Shown piece after piece: positions 34,040 to 36,713 of a DNA stretch of 36,713 nucleotides (the stretch's first letter is position 1; each line of letters begins with the position of its first letter). The DNA comes from Chloroflexota bacterium (GTDB lineage Bacteria > Chloroflexota > Chloroflexia > QHBQ01). The stretch is taken from contig JAYUUN010000072.1 of assembly GCA_043754535.1 (NCBI GenBank), positions 1 through 36,713 of the forward strand, given 5' to 3'. The position numbers were made by a program, and so were the translations under genes. The notes below the pieces were generated by a model, which searched no databases, was not told where the DNA came from, and saw nothing but the letters and a program-made list of their open reading frames with translations.

Positions 34040-36713
34040 ATGAGAAGATACAAGCTGTTTAGCTATGTGGCGTTGATGATCATGGTGTCCCTCAGCCTGT
34101 TCAGCGTCGCCCAGGCTAGCACCCCGTCCGCTGCCCCCAGCGTGGCGGTTGTGCAAGCCAGCGCGCCAGTAGTGCGCTCTAGTCGCGCTGAGGCTACCCG
34201 CAAGATTGATGCCGACCTGCTGGCCCAGATGAGCCGTGATGATGCTCGCGTCAGCGCAATCATTGCCCTCAGCGAACAAGCCAACGTCAACAACGAGATC
34301 AGCCCTAGCCGCTGGGCGGAGAAAGGCTGGTACGTCTACAACCAGCTTACTGCTACCGCCACGCGTACCCAGGCTAACTTGCTCAACGAGATCGGCAAGC
34401 TGGAAGCTAGCGGCCAGGTGACGAAGAAGCGGAGCTTCTGGATCTCCAACTCGGTTGTGGTTGAAGGTAGTGCTGCCGCGATCTGGCAACTGGCTGAGCG
34501 TAGCGATGTTGCCCGCCTGCGGCTCAATGGTCGCCACTTCCAGGCCGAGCAGAGTACGGAGAGTAAGACCCCCCTGAACAGCCCCAACACCCTCACCTAT
34601 GGTGTGCAGATGATCAAGGCAGATCAGGTGTGGGCGACAGGTAATCGGGGTGCCAACATTGTGGTCGGTAGCCTCGACAGCGGCGTGAATGGTACCCACA
34701 TTGCTCTCGCCTCCAAGTGGCGCGGTGCGGCTAGTGGCACGCTCCCTGGTCCTGACTACAACTGGAAGAATGTTGTTCCAGCTGGTGACAACGACAACCC
34801 TACCGACTACGACCCCGCTAATAATCACGGCACCCACACTACTGGCACGATGGTCGGCGATGACGGCGCAGGCAACCAGATCGGTGTAGCCCCAGATGCC
34901 AAGTGGATAGCCTGCGATGCGATTGCTAATGGCACTAGCGATGCAGACTTGCTTGCCTGCTTCCAATGGTTCCTTGCCCCAACTAAGGTTGATGGCACCG
35001 TGCCGCGCCCAGACCTGCGCCCACAGGTGATTAACAACTCGTGGACTTTCGGTGGGGTTGGCACCTGCGACCTGAGCTTGATTAACGAACTGCGCGCCTG
35101 GACTGCCGCTGGTATCTACCCAGCCTGGTCAGGCGGCAACCTCAATCATGAGACCCAAGGCCAGAACGCTTCGCCCAACAACTACCATGAGACTAAGGAG
35201 ACTGGCGCAATCTCCAGCAACGGCAACATTGCCGACTTCAGCAGCAGCGGCCCCTCTGTCTGTACTGGTGAACTGCACCCGCTCGTCGTCGCTCCTGGTG
35301 TGTCTGTGCGTTCGGCGCGTGGTACTAGCACCTATGCCAGTATCAGTGGCACCTCGATGGCTAGCCCGCACCACGCTGGCACGGTGGCCTTGATGTTGCA
35401 CACCAACCCCGCCCTTTCGATCACAGACACGATCAACATCCTGACCCAGACCGCTACCTTCTCCTCGACCTACGCCAACCCACCTGCGCCCTATAGCAGC
35501 ACCCGGCCCAACAACCTCTACGGCTGGGGGCTAATTAACGCAGAGTACGCAGTACGCGTAGCTGGTGGCGCACCGCTGAACACTCCAGCTGCGACTGCCA
35601 CCGCTACCCTGAGTGCCACTGCTACCCCGACTGCCACCGCCACCCTGAGTGCGACTGCTACCCCGACTGCGACCGCTAGCCCGACTGCGACCGCTATCTT
35701 GAGTGCCACGGCTAGTCCGACTGCCACCGCTACCTTGAGTGCTAGCCGAACCCCAGCATCTTGCACGATCAGCTTCACCGACGTGCTGACCAACAACATC
35801 TTCTACGACGACATTCAGTATCTCGCCTGTCGGGGTATCGTCAACGGCGCGAACGGCCTGTTCCGCCCCAACGACAGCACCAAGCGCGGTGAGTTCGCCA
35901 AGATCGCTGTCCTCGGCTTCAGCATCGCCAGCTTCACCCCGGTTACCCCCACCTTCAACGACGTACCAAGCAGCAACATCTTCTACGGCTTCATCGAAGC
36001 TGCCGCCCATGCTGGGGTGGTCAACGGCCTTGCGGCTGCCCAGTGCGCTGCCCTCGGCACCCCTGGCACCTGCTACGGCCCCAACGTGCTGATCAGCCGC
36101 GTGCAGGTTGCCGTGATCGTCCAGCGGGCAAAGGGTTACCCCCTCGCCACGCCGACCACCCCCACCTTCACCGACGTGCCAGTAGGTGCCTTCGGCTTCC
36201 AGGCCATTGAGACCCTGGCCGCCCGCAGTATCATCAACGGGGCAGCCTGCGTCGCCCCCCAGGTCGGCCTCTGCTTCCGCCCGAACGACAACATCCGCCG
36301 CGGTGAACTGAGCAAGGTCGTGCATCGCGCTATCGAGAGCAATAACGCTACGGCCACTGTCACCGCCACCGCTGCGGCTGCCACCAGCACCGTCACCGGC
36401 ACAGTGGTTGCTGCCACCGCCACCGCCACCGCTGCGGCTGCTACCGCCACCCCAACCCGCACTGCCACCGCTACTGGCCCTGTCGCGGTCGGGGTTGCCA
36501 ACTTCGCCTTCTCGCCAGCAGTGATCACCATCACTACTGGCACCACCGTGCAGTGGACGAACACTGCTGGCTTCCACAATGTTCATTCATTGACCGGCCC
36601 AGAGAGCTTCAGCAGCACCACTGCGGCTGCGCCCTGGGTCTACACTCACACCTTCACCATCGCTGGCGATTACACCTACCAGTGCGATATCCACCCTGGC
36701 TCCATGCAAGGGG
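34040..36713 (+). CDS. Secreted S8 serine peptidase (bacillopeptidase F-like) with SLH domains and a cupredoxin domain; 3'-truncated
   Basis: Not in the ORF track because there is no stop in the window. AGGAAAGG SD, signal peptide, propeptide, triad LDSG(34676)/HGTH(34826)/GTSMASPH(35354), T/A linker, 3x SLH, linker, then HNV...YQCDIHPGSMQG. Confidence 0.92.
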   Translation, partial: MRRYKLFSYVALMIMVSLSLFSVAQASTPSAAPSVAVVQASAPVVRSSRAEATRKIDADLLAQMSRDDARVSAIIALSEQANVNNEISPSRWAEKGWYVYNQLTATATRTQANLLNEIGKLEASGQVTKKRSFWISNSVVVEGSAAAIWQLAERSDVARLRLNGRHFQAEQSTESKTPLNSPNTLTYGVQMIKADQVWATGNRGANIVVGSLDSGVNGTHIALASKWRGAASGTLPGPDYNWKNVVPAGDNDNPTDYDPANNHGTHTTGTMVGDDGAGNQIGVAPDAKWIACDAIANGTSDADLLACFQWFLAPTKVDGTVPRPDLRPQVINNSWTFGGVGTCDLSLINELRAWTAAGIYPAWSGGNLNHETQGQNASPNNYHETKETGAISSNGNIADFSSSGPSVCTGELHPLVVAPGVSVRSARGTSTYASISGTSMASPHHAGTVALMLHTNPALSITDTINILTQTATFSSTYANPPAPYSSTRPNNLYGWGLINAEYAVRVAGGAPLNTPAATATATLSATATPTATATLSATATPTATASPTATAILSATASPTATATLSASRTPASCTISFTDVLTNNIFYDDIQYLACRGIVNGANGLFRPNDSTKRGEFAKIAVLGFSIASFTPVTPTFNDVPSSNIFYGFIEAAAHAGVVNGLAAAQCAALGTPGTCYGPNVLISRVQVAVIVQRAKGYPLATPTTPTFTDVPVGAFGFQAIETLAARSIINGAACVAPQVGLCFRPNDNIRRGELSKVVHRAIESNNATATVTATAAAATSTVTGTVVAATATATAAAATATPTRTATATGPVAVGVANFAFSPAVITITTGTTVQWTNTAGFHNVHSLTGPESFSSTTAAAPWVYTHTFTIAGDYTYQCDIHPGSMQG
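35597..35740 (+). repeat. Eight tandem degenerate 18-bp coding repeats (ATATLS/ATATPT-type linker)
   Basis: gccaccgctaccctgagt / gccactgctaccccgact type units at an exact 18-nt period. Confidence 0.85.
35809..36336 (+). repeat. Dispersed SLH cassette repeat, copy 2
   Basis: Colinear with 1-519, with one 2-codon insertion in the last Cys loop. Confidence 0.9.

Noticed and set aside
35597..35740. Tandem repeats as a possible CRISPR array
   Set aside because: Degenerate 18-bp in-frame units with no unique spacers and no cas genes; they encode a Thr/Ala linker.
34025..36586. Long minus-strand ORFs 34025..34966, 35531..36586, 36136..36579
   Set aside because: Antisense shadows of the subtilase gene, which has clear catalytic and SLH motifs on the plus strand.

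Overview
A 36.7-kb GC-rich bacterial chromosomal segment, most likely Chloroflexota. That assignment is inferred from the 'FPxTG..FL.YW..GGL..GYPI..QYFER' repeats and Cys-containing SLH modules. Both window ends lie inside genes that carry closely related SLH cassettes. It holds about 30 CDSs: secreted and surface proteins, cvpA, four GNAT acetyltransferases, polyprenyl synthase, an ECF sigma/anti-sigma pair, an aminotransferase, a GT-C membrane protein, an AI-2E transporter, folC, a TetR-thioesterase-HAD operon, a split MetE pair plus a Cys-less glutaredoxin-like gene, an MFS transporter, two ABC systems, two alpha/beta hydrolases, a CAP lipoprotein, and a subtilase-SLH-cupredoxin fusion missing from the ORF track. 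It also holds tRNA-Pro(GGG), SRP RNA, and many clear sigma70 promoters and intrinsic terminators. No CRISPR, transposase, integrase or reverse transcriptase was seen. The best candidate for an undescribed system is on the minus strand at 2950-6805. It runs: near-consensus promoter, 82-aa leader ORF ending in AGG-CGG-AGA-CCT-TAG (RRRP*), alternative hairpins and a 13-bp terminator, a 74-aa orphan protein, a second structured leader, then three tandem double-GNAT (MshD-like) paralogues. This looks like a translation-sensing attenuator controlling an acetyltransferase array. All calls were made by eye; no database searches or folding computations were run.
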